Source: Neodothiora populina (taxonomy: Eukaryota). From it: a DNA stretch of 64,000 nt. Of the stretch, positions 26,793-39,102 are shown one piece after another. Each line of letters begins with the position of its first letter. Position 1 is the first letter of the stretch. The stretch covers positions 434,001 to 498,000 of the forward strand of contig NW_027191415.1 of NCBI RefSeq assembly GCF_041146345.1, written 5' to 3'. The position numbers were made by a program, and so were the translations under genes. Under the pieces are notes generated by a model. The model saw nothing but the letters and a program-made list of their open reading frames with translations, ran no database searches and was not told where the DNA came from.

Positions 26793-28720
26793 ATGACATA
26801 CTACCAGGAAGACTTCCACATGGACGACTACAACATGGTACGAGGCGAGAGCCCATCATGCCTGAAGAGAGTGAATGCTAAAACGTCTTGTAGAACTTCC
26901 TTGGCGGGGCCACTGACATGGAAGCATATGGCTTTGGCCTTGAGGCGGAAGAAGATGACATCCTGGCTGGCTTCGATAACGCGACATTACTGGCATCCGA
27001 GACCCTGATCCCTGATATCCAGATTCAGCCACCCAGCAGGGCAGACACTCGAGTGATTTCGAGTGGGACTACCAATATGCACAAGGCGGAGCATCAGCCA
27101 TGGAATCCCCTGGGCATCGACATCCCGAATCGTCGTGCCTTTGCGCAGCAAGATGTTGCGGTGTCGACGACCCCAGCAAGTTCGCTGCCCTCTGACGATG
27201 GCACATCGGTAACGTCGATCATGGATTCCGTGTTCGCCTCACCACATGCATGCGAGCAATGTGGCACCGTGTATAAGAACAACTCTAACAAACGGTAAGC
27301 CCGATATCATCGAAGCCGAGGAAGCAATGAAGAGGGAGTGACACTTACAACTATATCCTTCAGGAAGCACATTCTCACGCACACCAAACCGCATAAGTGC
27401 CCCTTCGAGAACTGCAACAAAAACGTCCTGGGTTTTGCAACGCAGAACGATCTCGATAGACACAAAGCGTGTGTGCATGGAAAAGGCCTGAAGAAGTGGT
27501 GGAAATGCGCATATCCCGGGTGCTCTAAGAACAACAAGCACTTTGACCGACGAGATAATTTCGTAGCCCACATCAAGCGTCGCCATGGCAATGTGACAGC
27601 AGCAGAGATCTACGATCTCGTTGCTCGGTGAGTGAGACCCGTACCAGCATTAGGACTTCGTCACTAATCCGCATCCAGATCAGAGCAAAAACCGACCAAG
27701 CGAGAAGTGCAGGATTCTCTCATTGCAAAGAAAGAGAAATCAATGCGAGGTTCCTCCATAGTCAGGTCCGCGCGTAGATCATCTCCCAAGGCGGTAGCTC
27801 GTAGGTCTTCTGCTGGACCCAGAAGACAAACTCGGGTGAAAAGTGAAGCTTCGTCCGTAGGCAGCCCTGCGGCAACGACGGCAGAGCCAATGCGAATGGT
27901 CAGCGAAGTAGCGAGCAGTGCCCCAGTCGGCATTACCATCCCGGGTCGTCGGAGGCAGCCATTCCAGGACGGTCTTGCCCTTGCGGGCCCCGGGATAGAC
28001 ATGTCGGATCATGCGTGGAACCTCGACCACCCACAGTCCGAGTTTGTGTTACAAAGTGACAGCGGAGGGAAGGAGCCTAGCTTGAATACAAGGGCCGGAC
28101 CATATTATCCCTACGCTCGCCAGGACAGCTTCGTAGCATCGAGCGATGCTACTCGCATGGCTGAGCCATCGACTTTGCAGCAAGTGTCGATGTTTCATTC
28201 ACTTCCACCAACGCAATACTTAGAACGGCGCATATTCGCTAGCGCCATATCCCGACAGCGAAACGTGCAGGCGGCTCGAGAAGATGTGCTAATGTACAAC
28301 AACACCATGCAAGGACAAGATCTCCAACAGCCGAATAGCCGCCAGGCGAACGTGTCGGTGAGTGACGACACGATCATGCCGTTTGCCTTCTGCAACCCCA
28401 GCGGATCAGATATGACATTCAGTCAAAGTTACGATCCAAGTGTTGATCCGAGCGGCAACATGTATTCGGAGTCGTTGTTCAGCAAGTCAGCCAGCCAATC
28501 CAGCGTAACATCGGGACCTAGCTGCCAGTCTTCTTATGTCCAGTCTCAACCCCAGTCGTTTATGAAAGGCTTTGGGCAACTTGTGGCACCTTCCTTGGAC
28601 CAATTCAACAGCCAGAGCGGGCAATTTGGCAGCCTGAGTGAGAACTTTGAGGCCATGGATTCGGACCCTATGTCCAGCTTCAACACGTTATGGGAGAACG
28701 ACCACTTCGACGAAGGATGA
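26793..28720 (+). CDS. C2H2 zinc-finger protein (three fingers) with S/Q-rich C-terminus; 4 exons
   Basis: Fingers CEQCG..KRKHILTH, KPHKCPFENC..GFATQNDLDRHKACVH and CAYPGC..FDRRDNFVAHIKRRH. Introns 26838-26893, 27295-27363 and 27628-27678 restore one frame. Confidence 0.82.
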
Positions 28721-29831
28721 ACAGCTGTGCCGTCGACACTTGGAAAATTACAGGCCGGATATGAGAGCCCCACCTCTGATGATCAGGGAGACTGAACTTC
28801 CAGAGCGATGTGATCTTGGATGCGCTTGGACAGCGACGTCGCACTGAAGCAAGCCCGCTCATGTCAGCTGTTTCGAGCAATGGACTATCTCTACGATCAA
28901 CGCTGGAGGCGACCACTTGCTCAAGGAGGGACAGACGGTACAAGATTGCAACATACGTCGAGAACCATACCTCTTTTCCGTTGCTTTTCTCTTACTTGCA
29001 TCGCCGACGTCAACATTTCTTGATTTTAATGATTAACATATTCGTATTTCTTTCCAGAGCGGTCTGAAAGGGTGGTGGATACGGTGATGATTATAATGAT
29101 GGTGTCAATGAGGGGGAACGATATAGGATGAGATGGGAATGACGTAACGAATAGTGATAGATTGCTAATTCTGAGTGTTTTTTCGTTCCACCAAGATCAA
29201 GGAGTATGATCAGAATGACTGAGAAAGGCAATGCTAGAGAAGAATAGACTTGGTCCAATGAAACAAAGTATCCGAGGTAAGACGCTATAACGCAAAGTGA
29301 GGAATGCAAGGTAGGTAGTCGTGATGGTCACAGACAAGGACGTTGATTTGGATCTAGCTACAGCTCTGTGCAGTGCAATACAGAGTCATGCACCATTGTT
29401 ATATGTAACCAGAAATTCGTTGCTGGTTACAAGGGTAGGACCACGACCTTAAATGCTTCGACTTCAAGGTACTGTACGATGTCAACCACCGTGGTAACAA
29501 TCGCAGGATTGAACATGTTATACAGTACAGAAGTAAATGGCGTGGTTAGAGGTACTCGTACTCGGCTAGGCACTGGAGCTTCCCCTCCTCATGTCGTTGC
29601 AGAAAGGTTAGCTTGCTGACGCGTTTATGGCATTGTTTCGTGTCCCTGAACGCCAAGACTTCAGAGGCCAGCTTGTCGCCCCGAAGCTCTTCCCGAATTG
29701 GTAGCAGCGGACTAAGAAGGTAGGAGCGACTTGGGGTACAGTACGTTGTTCGCCAGTGGAACACCGTGTACAGTACAGCTACAGTACAGTCACAGCACCC
29801 CAATTATCTCCGTCTCGTGTGCTGCGATAAC

Positions 29832-32318
29832 ATGGCTGCCGAAAAGACTGGAAGTCTCTTCTTCACGGGAGAGACGGGGCGCAACACCAGAGGTCTACTC
29901 AGGTTGATCATCCTGGTCACCATTGCTGCTGCTGCCATCAGCAGTCGTCTCTTCTCGGTCATTCGCTTCGAGAGTATCATTCACGAATGTAAGATAACAC
30001 AGTCTCCTCATCTTGACGAGCACATACTGATGTGATTGATCCGTGTAGTCGACCCGTGGTTCAATTTCAGAGCTACCAAGTACCTCGTCTCCAATGGCTT
30101 TTATAAGTTCTGGGACTGGTTCGACGACCGTGAGTTCCTTCCTTTTTCATCTGCCCTGTGTCCTGCAATTGCCTCAATTGATGCTGCATGAACACCAGAG
30201 GGAGAAAACTGGAGCACATACTGACGAGCATCAAGGAACATGGCATCCTCTTGGACGTGTCACCGGTGGCACTCTCTACCCGGGTTTGATGGTTACCAGC
30301 GGCGTCATCTACCACATCCTTCGATTCCTCACATTCCCTGTTGATATCCGCAACATTTGCGTTCTCCTCGCCCCTGCTTTCTCGGGTCTTACCGCATACG
30401 CGACCTATCTTCTTACTTCGGAGATGTCGAGTTCGCCCTCTGCTGGACTTCTTGCCGCAGCCTTCATGGGTATCACCCCTGGCTACATTTCGCGTTCTGT
30501 GGCTGGAAGTTACGACAACGAGGCAATTGCCATTTTCCTGCTGGTATTCACCTTCTTCCTGTGGATCAAGAGTTTGAAGCTGGGTTCGATTACCTGGGGA
30601 GCTTTGACTGCTCTGTTCTACGGTTACATGGTCTCCGCCTGGGGTGGTTACGTCTTCATCACCAACCTGCTCCCCCTCCATGCTTTCGTCCTCATCTGCA
30701 TGGGAAGATACAGCCCGAGACTCTACGTCAGCTACACCACTTGGTACGGACTCGGCACTCTCGCGAGCATGCAGATCCCCTTCGTGGGCTTCCTCCCCAT
30801 CAGGTCCAGTGACCACATGGCCGCCCTTGGTGTCTTTGGTCTTCTCCAGATTGTCGCATTCGTCGAGTGGGTCCGTGGACAGGTCCCGAGCAAGCAGTTC
30901 CAGACCCTGCTCCGCGCCCTTGTCCTCGTTATCTTTGTCGTCGCTTTCGGAGGTCTGGTCCTGCTCACTGTTTCCGGTGTCATTGCGCCTTGGAGTGGAC
31001 GTTTCTACTCTCTGTGGGATACCGGTTATGCCAAGATCCACATCCCCATTATCGCATCGGTCTCTGAGCACCAGCCGACCGCATGGCCTGCCTTTTTCTT
31101 TGACTTGAACATGCTCATCTGGCTCTTCCCCGCCGGTGTCTACATGTGTTTCCGTCAACTCAAGGATGAGCAAGTCTTCATTGTCATCTACGCTGTCCTG
31201 GCTTCTTACTTCGCCGGCGTCATGGTCCGTCTGATGCTCACTCTGACTCCGGTCGTATGTGTCGCAGCTGCTATGGCCCTGTCGCAGATCTTGGACACCT
31301 TTGTCTCAACCAAGAAGCCTGTCGAGCCTGCACAGAGCAACGGCAACGCCAAGGGAGAGACCGATGTCGTCAAGGCCGCAGCTGCTGCATTCCCCGAGGG
31401 ACTCAGGTCCACCACCAAGCCCTTGGTCGGAATCTACTCGACACTTTCTAAGTTTGCCATGACGGGCACGATCGCCACCTATCTCCTGCTCTTCGTCCTG
31501 CACTGTACCTGGGTCACTTCGAATGCCTATTCTTCTCCATCCGTTGTTCTGGCTTCCCGCATGGCCGATGGCTCTCAACACATCATTGACGACTACCGTG
31601 AGGCCTACTATTGGCTGCGCCAGAACACCGAGCCCACTGCCAAGATCATGTCATGGTGGGATTATGGCTACCAGATCGGTGGTATGGCCGACCGCCCCAC
31701 TCTTGTCGACAACAACACCTGGAACAACACCCATATCGCGACCGTCGGCAAGGCCATGAGCTCTCGAGAAGAGGTCTCATACCCTATCATGAAGGAGCAC
31801 GAGGTCGATTACGTGCTTGTCGTGTTTGGAGGTCTCATCGGCTATTCCGGCGATGATATCAACAAGTTCCTCTGGATGGTCAGAATTGCCGAGGGCATAT
31901 GGCCCGATGAGATCAAGGAGCGCGACTACTTCACTCCTCGCGGCGAGTACAGAGTGGACGATGGTGCCACTGAGACCATGAAGAACAGCTTGATGTAAGA
32001 TGAATATCCCTACCTTCTATCAGGAAAATCACTAACTATTGCGATAGGTACAAGATGTCGTACTACAACTACGACTCTCTCTTCCCCGCCGGTCAAGCTA
32101 TGGACCGTGTCCGTAACTCACGCCTGCCCGCTCAGGGTCCTGAGCTCACGACTGTCGAGGAGGCCTTTACCAGTGAGAACTGGATCATCAGAATCTACAA
32201 GGTCAAGGACTACGACAACCTTGGCAGAAACCACCAGAGCGTGGCTGCCTTCGACAAGGGTCAGAAGAAGAAGAAGGCTGGCAAGCGCAGGGGTGCCAGA
32301 GTCCTCCGTGTGGACTAG
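29832..32318 (+). CDS. STT3: Oligosaccharyltransferase catalytic subunit; 4 exons
   Basis: [39 protein letters not shown], WWDYG motif and DDINKFLWMVRI; introns 29989-30048, 30130-30235 and 31995-32047. Confidence 0.98.
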
Positions 32319-32924
32319 ATGTCTGTAATGGCTAGCCCACAAAGGGTTTGTATATGTTAGAATCTGCTTAGAAAAAATGCATGAAGAAAAGTTCACATTT
32401 GACGGATCTGCCTTCCGTTCTGTTGTTGATATTCGTTCTGGCTAAGGTACTTTGAGATCGGGCAAGCTTTCAAGAGTTTTGAGTCCTTTTGTTCAAGTCA
32501 AGCTCCGTTGCGGGAATCATCGTCATACCTGCCCAAATGGTACCTCGCGGTAGGTTGGTGGCGACTACCTTTGTACAACGGGTGCAGGCATGGGTGCAAA
32601 TCGGGAAGTGTCAGAAGCCATCAGAATGATAGACGCCTTTAACATGGCCGACTTCTCGTTGATCTCCTCATAGTCATCCATTCTTCGCAGGCGATATAAT
32701 TCCACTCACATTCTTTCAATTGGAGCGTTGTCATCCTCGAAGCTGGCGTCTATCTCCTGATTTAGTCACCTTTCGTTCCTGGTGCACCTGCGAAGACAAC
32801 AGCAGTTCATAGGCTTGCACAGACCTTCAGCGTCGAGTGTGTTGTGGACTTTTACAAATGTATGTCGATATGTCAGAGTGTCTCACCGATCCCTGAACTA
32901 ACGCGCCAGACAGCACAGTTGAAG

Positions 32925-33335
32925 ATGGGTTGTAGAGGCACAGTGGCTATCGCTTCCGGCATCGCCATTCCCTTTGCTTCTTACCTAGTTTTACTCACTA
33001 CGCTTCTACTGCTGCACCGAAAGTACAAGAGAGAAGAGAAGAGGCTCGAAGAAGAGCATCAGAAGAGGGTAGCTGTCGACCAAGAACAAGCTAAACAGCA
33101 CGCAGCTGGGGCTGGTCCGGCAGGTGCAAGCACCACTCAGGTTGTGACCACAGGCGGACCGGCAGGCACTAGTCCTTCAGGTGGTCAACAAGTCGTGACT
33201 AGGACAGATCCTGCCACTGGTCAGACAGTGACAGAAACGACTGCTCCTGCAGCCGCCACTACCGCTCCTGCGGGACGCACCACTGAGGTCGTGTCTTCTG
33301 GCGCACCGGCCGCGGCCTCGCGAGCTTCCACCTAA
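32925..33335 (+). CDS. Small single-pass membrane protein (about 136 aa): N-terminal TM helix, charged segment, T/A-rich tail
   Basis: MGCRGTVAIASGIAIPFASYLVLLTTLLLLHRKYKREEKRLEEE; a clean GTATGT..CTAAC..CAG intron at 32860-32909 in the 5'UTR supports a real transcript. Confidence 0.7.
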   Translation: MGCRGTVAIASGIAIPFASYLVLLTTLLLLHRKYKREEKRLEEEHQKRVAVDQEQAKQHAAGAGPAGASTTQVVTTGGPAGTSPSGGQQVVTRTDPATGQTVTETTAPAAATTAPAGRTTEVVSSGAPAAASRAST

Positions 33336-33705
33336 ACCTGAGAGAGTCAGCAACTCGAAAGCCCAAGGTCGTCCGTCGTAAGATTCGACACAGGATTGCG
33401 AGATCTGTTTTGTGGTGCTTCACATGTTCCATTCGACGCTCCTTCCATTTTCAAATTCACTTGACGGCTGCCACCTGCCAACGCCATACAAACGCAACTG
33501 TTTTTAGACTGGCCCCAAAAAGCACCAGTACTCACAACACCCTAACAAAACACCTATCAACCTACCCTCTGACTGACGGATAACCAACATCATCATTCTT
33601 CAACTTCCCTGTGAGGCACCGCTCAGATCCGGCAGTCGCAAATGGACTAAGTCAGCCCTCCTCCCACGTCCAACACAGTCTTCTCCTGAGGCGCTGGCTA
33701 CAATA

Positions 33706-36700
33706 ATGGTTGGCAGCACTCGCTCTTCTCATTCTCACACAGCACAGCGTGCCTCTCAACCTAGGAGATACCCCGATGAGAACAACTTTTCGTACTCTGA
33801 TCTTGTCTCTGATGCTGCTCCCACACTAATCACGAACAAATCGTCTCGTTCAAGGCCCTCAATGGCATCTATGCGAGACGATGCGCATGCCCCTAGCTCT
33901 CAGCGGGCTCATTCTCACTACCAATCGTCAAGTGCACACGCTGCAGCGCACATGCAGCAGTTCTCGCAGTCACTAACGATCCCACCACCACCGCCCCCTG
34001 AGTCATACCAAGCGACGTCAGTGTCACTTCCTCCTGCGATACCTTTTCATGCGCAAACTCGTACCGGCTCTCCGTTCTTGGTATACCATGTTTGTCATGG
34101 CTGCCGTCAACCAAGATCCAAGACTTATCATCATCGCAATCCTGTTCACCCTGGCGATCCAATCCCTGATCTTAGTTTGTGCCAACGTTGCCAGTCAAAA
34201 CATCGTGCTCGCGAAAAAGTCACCATTACTTCTACCAACGGAGGAGATGAGGCATTGCCGCCAGGATCAAAGTATGATGACGAGACAGGCGTGCAGTACA
34301 AGGCTGTACAATCAGATAATATTTCAGGCTGGACAACCAATCCGGTGAATGTTGGTGCACCGAGCTTGGGATCCCACCACCCTTTAGAGCGCCAGAGTCA
34401 CACCAAAGTAACAACGAAAATTTACATCAATGGAGAGGAAGTTCCTACCGCCTCGGTGGCGGCAAATGTACGGTCGTCAGCTTCACAGAAGGCATCATCG
34501 CAGGCCCTTCATTATCACCATAGTGAAGTGCCGTCTCATGTTGACAGTATTCGTGTTTCGACGAGTGATATCAATGCCAACTCCGACAAGGGCCCGCCTC
34601 ATAAATCAGCAACTGAGTTCGCAGCAAGTGTGGAAACGCTCTACACCTCGCCCACTCATGACCATATTTCGAAGTCAGTGAAAGCACCTCTTCCTCCTCA
34701 GAACGCGTCAATCACGTCCTCGAGGGTTCGTGAGATTGCCAAGGAGGAGTTGACGAACACTAAATTCATGGCGATGCCACCACCGTTCTTGCCGGCTTAC
34801 ATCATACCTCAAACATATTCGACTTTGCCAGAGGATGTCATGAACGTCAAGGAAGGAACAGTACCGCACGTAGCAAGCATCTCATCATCGCGCCTTTGTC
34901 CGAGCACACAGGACAGGAAGTATTCCTCAATCACTGCATCTGATGTGTGCAGGATTGCGCGTGACGAGATCAAGAGCTACCGAGGAGCTGAGCGGTCTAT
35001 TGAAGCTCATGCCAACCCTTATAGCCATGGTCGTATGGTAGCTACGGAACAAAAGGAACCGCATAGTGGTATGAATCCTTCGGAGAGCGCTCCGTTCAGC
35101 CCAGATGGACCAAGCCATGCCAAAAGCCGTCCCGTGACGGACTTTGAGAGACATCCAGGTCGCAGCAGCCCATTACAACCCAACACTGAAGCAATGCCTA
35201 CTGCAAGCAGAACACCGCTACACGCATATACTGCCGCGACACAGACGACTGATGGACCAGAGTACTTCTACATCTCACGGAGATCAGAAGTAATGTCGCC
35301 CCAGAATCTTCCAGCACCTCGTGCGGCCTCTGCTGTGCAACCGCGGACTAGATACTACGTAGTCAAAAGGGATGCCTTCGAACAATGGCATGATGCGACG
35401 CATGAACAACGTCATCTTGACACAGAAGTCACTTACGATGATCTTGCCGGTCAGAAGAGCAGACACGCCGCAGCCTCGGGTACTATAGGCCCGAATTCAT
35501 CCATAAGTCAACGTGCCCAACGCCGATTTGACCAGGAGCACAATGTCGCGTCCCATAATAATGGAAAAACCACCCGTCGCTATGATGATACTGAGATTGG
35601 TGGTCAAGGTTATGGAAAACAGTTTGCTGCATCAGGAACTCATCTGGCCCAATCCTATGCTGATGTCGACAAAGAAGACAGGATTTATATTTCGTCTCAG
35701 CAAGAGTCTGGTCCCTCTCGAGACGAGATCATGGATAGACACGGCAGCCGTCGCTCGGACTATGCCGTCACAAGGAATATCGAAGCTCCATATCATGGGT
35801 CAAAAGCACCTAGACCTTCCACACATGTCGGCCCTGCCATTGTCGATGAGCGTCCAGCAGGAGATAGAACCTTCTTCCGCGAGACCTATGGCACAGCCCC
35901 GACCTATGTCACACAGGACAGCGATGAGATGACTGTTTGGCAGAAGGAGAGTCGCAGTGGGCTTAAGCCTGAGCACAATCCTCTCGATTCTCTTGCGATG
36001 CATAAGCAACAGCATAGGAAACACAACCATGGTGGGAGGCACCGTCCGATCGTTGAAGACGATCATGTGTACATGATTCCAGGTGGAAGGACTGAACGGC
36101 CTCCATTCCCGCCCAGAGACGAGGATGTCCTCCGGGAAAGTCGACGTGTCTATCGCGAGAGGACCCCCTCGAGAGAACGCATAGTGACCGAGAGGCTTGT
36201 CAGAATGTCTTGCACTTCGCCTGAGCGTCGTGATAGGCACTATCGACCTGAACAAGATGACAACCTGGACCAAGATGCCATCATTCACGAAGGCACAAGG
36301 GAACAAGAAAGACCAGCAACAAGGCCAAGAGGGATCCTGCGACCTTCCAGTAGCCCTGGAGCTGACGGACTATATACGAATGCTCATGTCACGTTCGCAA
36401 GTGGGGATAATATCGCTCCAGTAAGTGTACCTCCACCGCCTCAACCATCTAGGTCAGCGCGCACTGCTGGTATATCCCGACGTGGTAGAGACGCTCATGG
36501 TCATGGCCTAGATGGGCCGAACAGCAGCGGGTCCGGGTCCGACGAGTACTACTATGAGCGTGGACGTGGGCGAACTTCGCATCGCTATGGTCCGGTAGAG
36601 GGCATCGAGACATACAGAGCAGCGACGAATCGCTTTCTGACTCGAGCTCTGTCAGAATCTCCTTCTCGTGAACGTGCAGAAGACCTCAAGAGGAGAGCGG

Positions 36701-37008
36701 AGCAAAAGAAGAGTGTCAAGGTCGAGATACCGTCAGATGCACATGGACCATTTCGAGCAGAGATCAGCCCGACCATGAGCATGGAGGTCCTCACAGAGGG
36801 CAGTCCAGCCAGAAGTCACGATGGACACGAGGGATACAGACTTGGCTCAACAGCGAGGATGCCCGGTATCGACGAGAGAGTTGGCCAGACTCAGCCTGGT
36901 TGGCTCAGGATCACCAAGGTCAAGCAATACATTGACCGCAAAGGGAGGCCGTTTGAGGTTGTCGAGGAGGAAGTCGTGCTTGACGATACAGGAGCACCAT
37001 CGCCATGA
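33706..37008 (+). CDS. Hypothetical 1100-aa largely disordered protein with a Cys/His motif
   Basis: Uninterrupted 3.3-kb ORF; motif HVCHGCRQPRSKTYHHRNP..CQRC. Confidence 0.75.
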   Translation: MVGSTRSSHSHTAQRASQPRRYPDENNFSYSDLVSDAAPTLITNKSSRSRPSMASMRDDAHAPSSQRAHSHYQSSSAHAAAHMQQFSQSLTIPPPPPPESYQATSVSLPPAIPFHAQTRTGSPFLVYHVCHGCRQPRSKTYHHRNPVHPGDPIPDLSLCQRCQSKHRAREKVTITSTNGGDEALPPGSKYDDETGVQYKAVQSDNISGWTTNPVNVGAPSLGSHHPLERQSHTKVTTKIYINGEEVPTASVAANVRSSASQKASSQALHYHHSEVPSHVDSIRVSTSDINANSDKGPPHKSATEFAASVETLYTSPTHDHISKSVKAPLPPQNASITSSRVREIAKEELTNTKFMAMPPPFLPAYIIPQTYSTLPEDVMNVKEGTVPHVASISSSRLCPSTQDRKYSSITASDVCRIARDEIKSYRGAERSIEAHANPYSHGRMVATEQKEPHSGMNPSESAPFSPDGPSHAKSRPVTDFERHPGRSSPLQPNTEAMPTASRTPLHAYTAATQTTDGPEYFYISRRSEVMSPQNLPAPRAASAVQPRTRYYVVKRDAFEQWHDATHEQRHLDTEVTYDDLAGQKSRHAAASGTIGPNSSISQRAQRRFDQEHNVASHNNGKTTRRYDDTEIGGQGYGKQFAASGTHLAQSYADVDKEDRIYISSQQESGPSRDEIMDRHGSRRSDYAVTRNIEAPYHGSKAPRPSTHVGPAIVDERPAGDRTFFRETYGTAPTYVTQDSDEMTVWQKESRSGLKPEHNPLDSLAMHKQQHRKHNHGGRHRPIVEDDHVYMIPGGRTERPPFPPRDEDVLRESRRVYRERTPSRERIVTERLVRMSCTSPERRDRHYRPEQDDNLDQDAIIHEGTREQERPATRPRGILRPSSSPGADGLYTNAHVTFASGDNIAPVSVPPPPQPSRSARTAGISRRGRDAHGHGLDGPNSSGSGSDEYYYERGRGRTSHRYGPVEGIETYRAATNRFLTRALSESPSRERAEDLKRRAEQKKSVKVEIPSDAHGPFRAEISPTMSMEVLTEGSPARSHDGHEGYRLGSTARMPGIDERVGQTQPGWLRITKVKQYIDRKGRPFEVVEEEVVLDDTGAPSP

Positions 37009-37500
37009 TCCAGAGCATCTTCGCGCGACCTTAGGCATGCAAGAGTGGACTGACGAAGATGCATTTGCTGGACGTTGCATCGGCTATTTGTGTTTTTCCG
37101 TTGCTTCATCTTTTCACGCGACTTTCGCGCCTGGTTGCTGCAGCCTGGTTTTACATGTGCTGCGTAGCATTCTTCCACAGAGATGAAACCCTAAGTACAA
37201 ACGACGCTATGCTTTTATACCTGACTGCTTGTGTTGAGAATTGAATTGTGATGAGAGGAGGACTATCAAAGCATGAGGATAAGCTGGAGATAAGATAAGG
37301 AAGTACTACCAAGGCATGTGAGGCAAGTCAGCTACTCCCGTATATTGCACCGTAACTCCGAATAGGAATTGTTCCATCGTCCTTCTCCGCATGATGACAT
37401 GTGTCAACAATAGAAAGAAGCACCCAAGGGAGTGTTTCGTTTTATCTATTTGCAGAGCGAAAGGGAACTACGGAATAATCGAGATTGAGAGCTGTACACA

Positions 37501-39102
37501 ATGAGGAGTTTCTGGGCCTTGCCCGCCGTCCTTCGCGTGGTGCTGGCCAGCCAGCATGTCTTTAGTGTTCAAGACGACGTATTGGCGTATCCCCAAGTAG
37601 GTGATCACTTTGATATCTACGCAGACGACAAGAGATGCTGATGACGAGGAAACTTTGCAGTTCGAGATCATCTACAGCGATGATTATCTGACAGAAGCGC
37701 AAGCCCAGGCGCTACGGAATGGCGACCACAAGGAGCACCAGGAGAGCATCATACAAGACCCCACGTCGGAAACAGACATTGCATTAAATGGAGGAAACAC
37801 GCATGACGACGACGACTCGAAGCACGCTCAGAAAGACCCGCTGAAATATGAGTACGAGGAGATGATCCTAGGAAACCGACGGTACTCGTGTCGGATACCC
37901 ATCATCGACGTCGCAGCCGGCAGGCCAGACGCCAACCAGACGCTCACGAAGCAAGAAGAGGAGAAGGAGCTGGCGCGGGCCAATGATCGGGGCTGGGAGC
38001 TGCTCCAGGGCATGCAAGGCAGCTGCGTCTACTTCTGGAGCGGGTGGTGGAGCTATCAATACTGCTACGGCAAGGGCGTCAAGCAGTTCCATCAGCTCCC
38101 GCCCAGTCAGGGAATCCCGGCGTATCCGCCTGTCGAGGATCCAGGTGTCACGGGTTTCACGTTGGGTTCGGTGGAAGAGTCGCTTCCGAAGGAGATGAAG
38201 GGAGTCGCAAAGAGCAAGACTGGACAGGCGAGCAAGGCATTGGGCACGCTGGAGACAAGAGGAGAGAACAGATACTTGGTACAACGCCTGGGAGGTGGCA
38301 CAGTCTGCGATCTCACGGGTAGAGAGAGGCGGGTGGAAGTTCAGGTACGATCTTGTATTTTCCATTACTGCGCAGGACTCTTACTGATTTCACTTTCCAG
38401 TTCCATTGCGATCCGACATCATCGGACAAGATCTCTGGAATAAAGGAGATCGCGACATGTGCCTACCTCATGATCATCAAGACGCCTCGCCTGTGCAATG
38501 ATGTCGCGTTTCTGCCGCCTCGCAAAGACAAACCCAACACTATTTCTTGTTCACCCGTCATCGCCGAGGATCAGATTGCCGACTACGAGAAAGAGCTGAA
38601 AGAAGCACAGCGCCATGAGGATCACGGCGACCATATCGAGAACCCCTTCGAGGAGCCACAGTCGAAGCCACCTCCTGTGATCGGCGGCATCATGCTCGGA
38701 GCTCACAAATGGGTGTCGGAAGACGCCCACATCCAGAGATCAGCCATTGTCGGCGGAGGCAAGGAGACCTTCGTCGAAACAATTGCCGATAGCATGGGCA
38801 AACTCATGTCTCCCGAGCAATTGAAGAAGATGGGACTCGGAGACGCCAAGAGTGTCGAAGAGCTGAAGAAAGAGCTCGAGAAGATCGCTGATGGTCAGGC
38901 GTGGAAACTCGACGTGTTCGATACGCCTCAGGGCAGGGAATACAGAGGTGTTTTGCTCGGAGACGAAGACAAGGACGAGGAGGGAAGGGGCAGTGATGAG
39001 GGAAAAGGCGGCGAAGACGGCGAGGACAGAAGGAGCGATGTTGAAGACTCGGAAGGAGGAGGCGAGGCAGGTAGCGAGGAGACCTACAAGGACGAGTTAT
39101 AG
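37501..39102 (+). CDS. YOS9: ER lectin OS-9/Yos9 (MRH/PRKCSH domain); 3 exons
   Basis: Signal peptide MRSFWALPAVLRVVLA, GWWSYQYCYGKGVKQFHQ, GGTVCDLTGRERRVEVQFHC, TPRLCNDVAF and C-terminal KDEL; introns 37597-37660 and 38345-38400. Confidence 0.93.

Noticed and set aside
30073..31173. 366-aa antisense ORF over STT3, and similar shadow ORFs over ARS2, PX, GRX4 and SET-MYND
   Set aside because: Explained by codon bias of the sense gene; no independent motifs.
39088..39102. KDEL rather than HDEL at the Yos9 C-terminus
   Set aside because: KDEL-type retrieval signals are common in filamentous ascomycetes, so this is not unusual.
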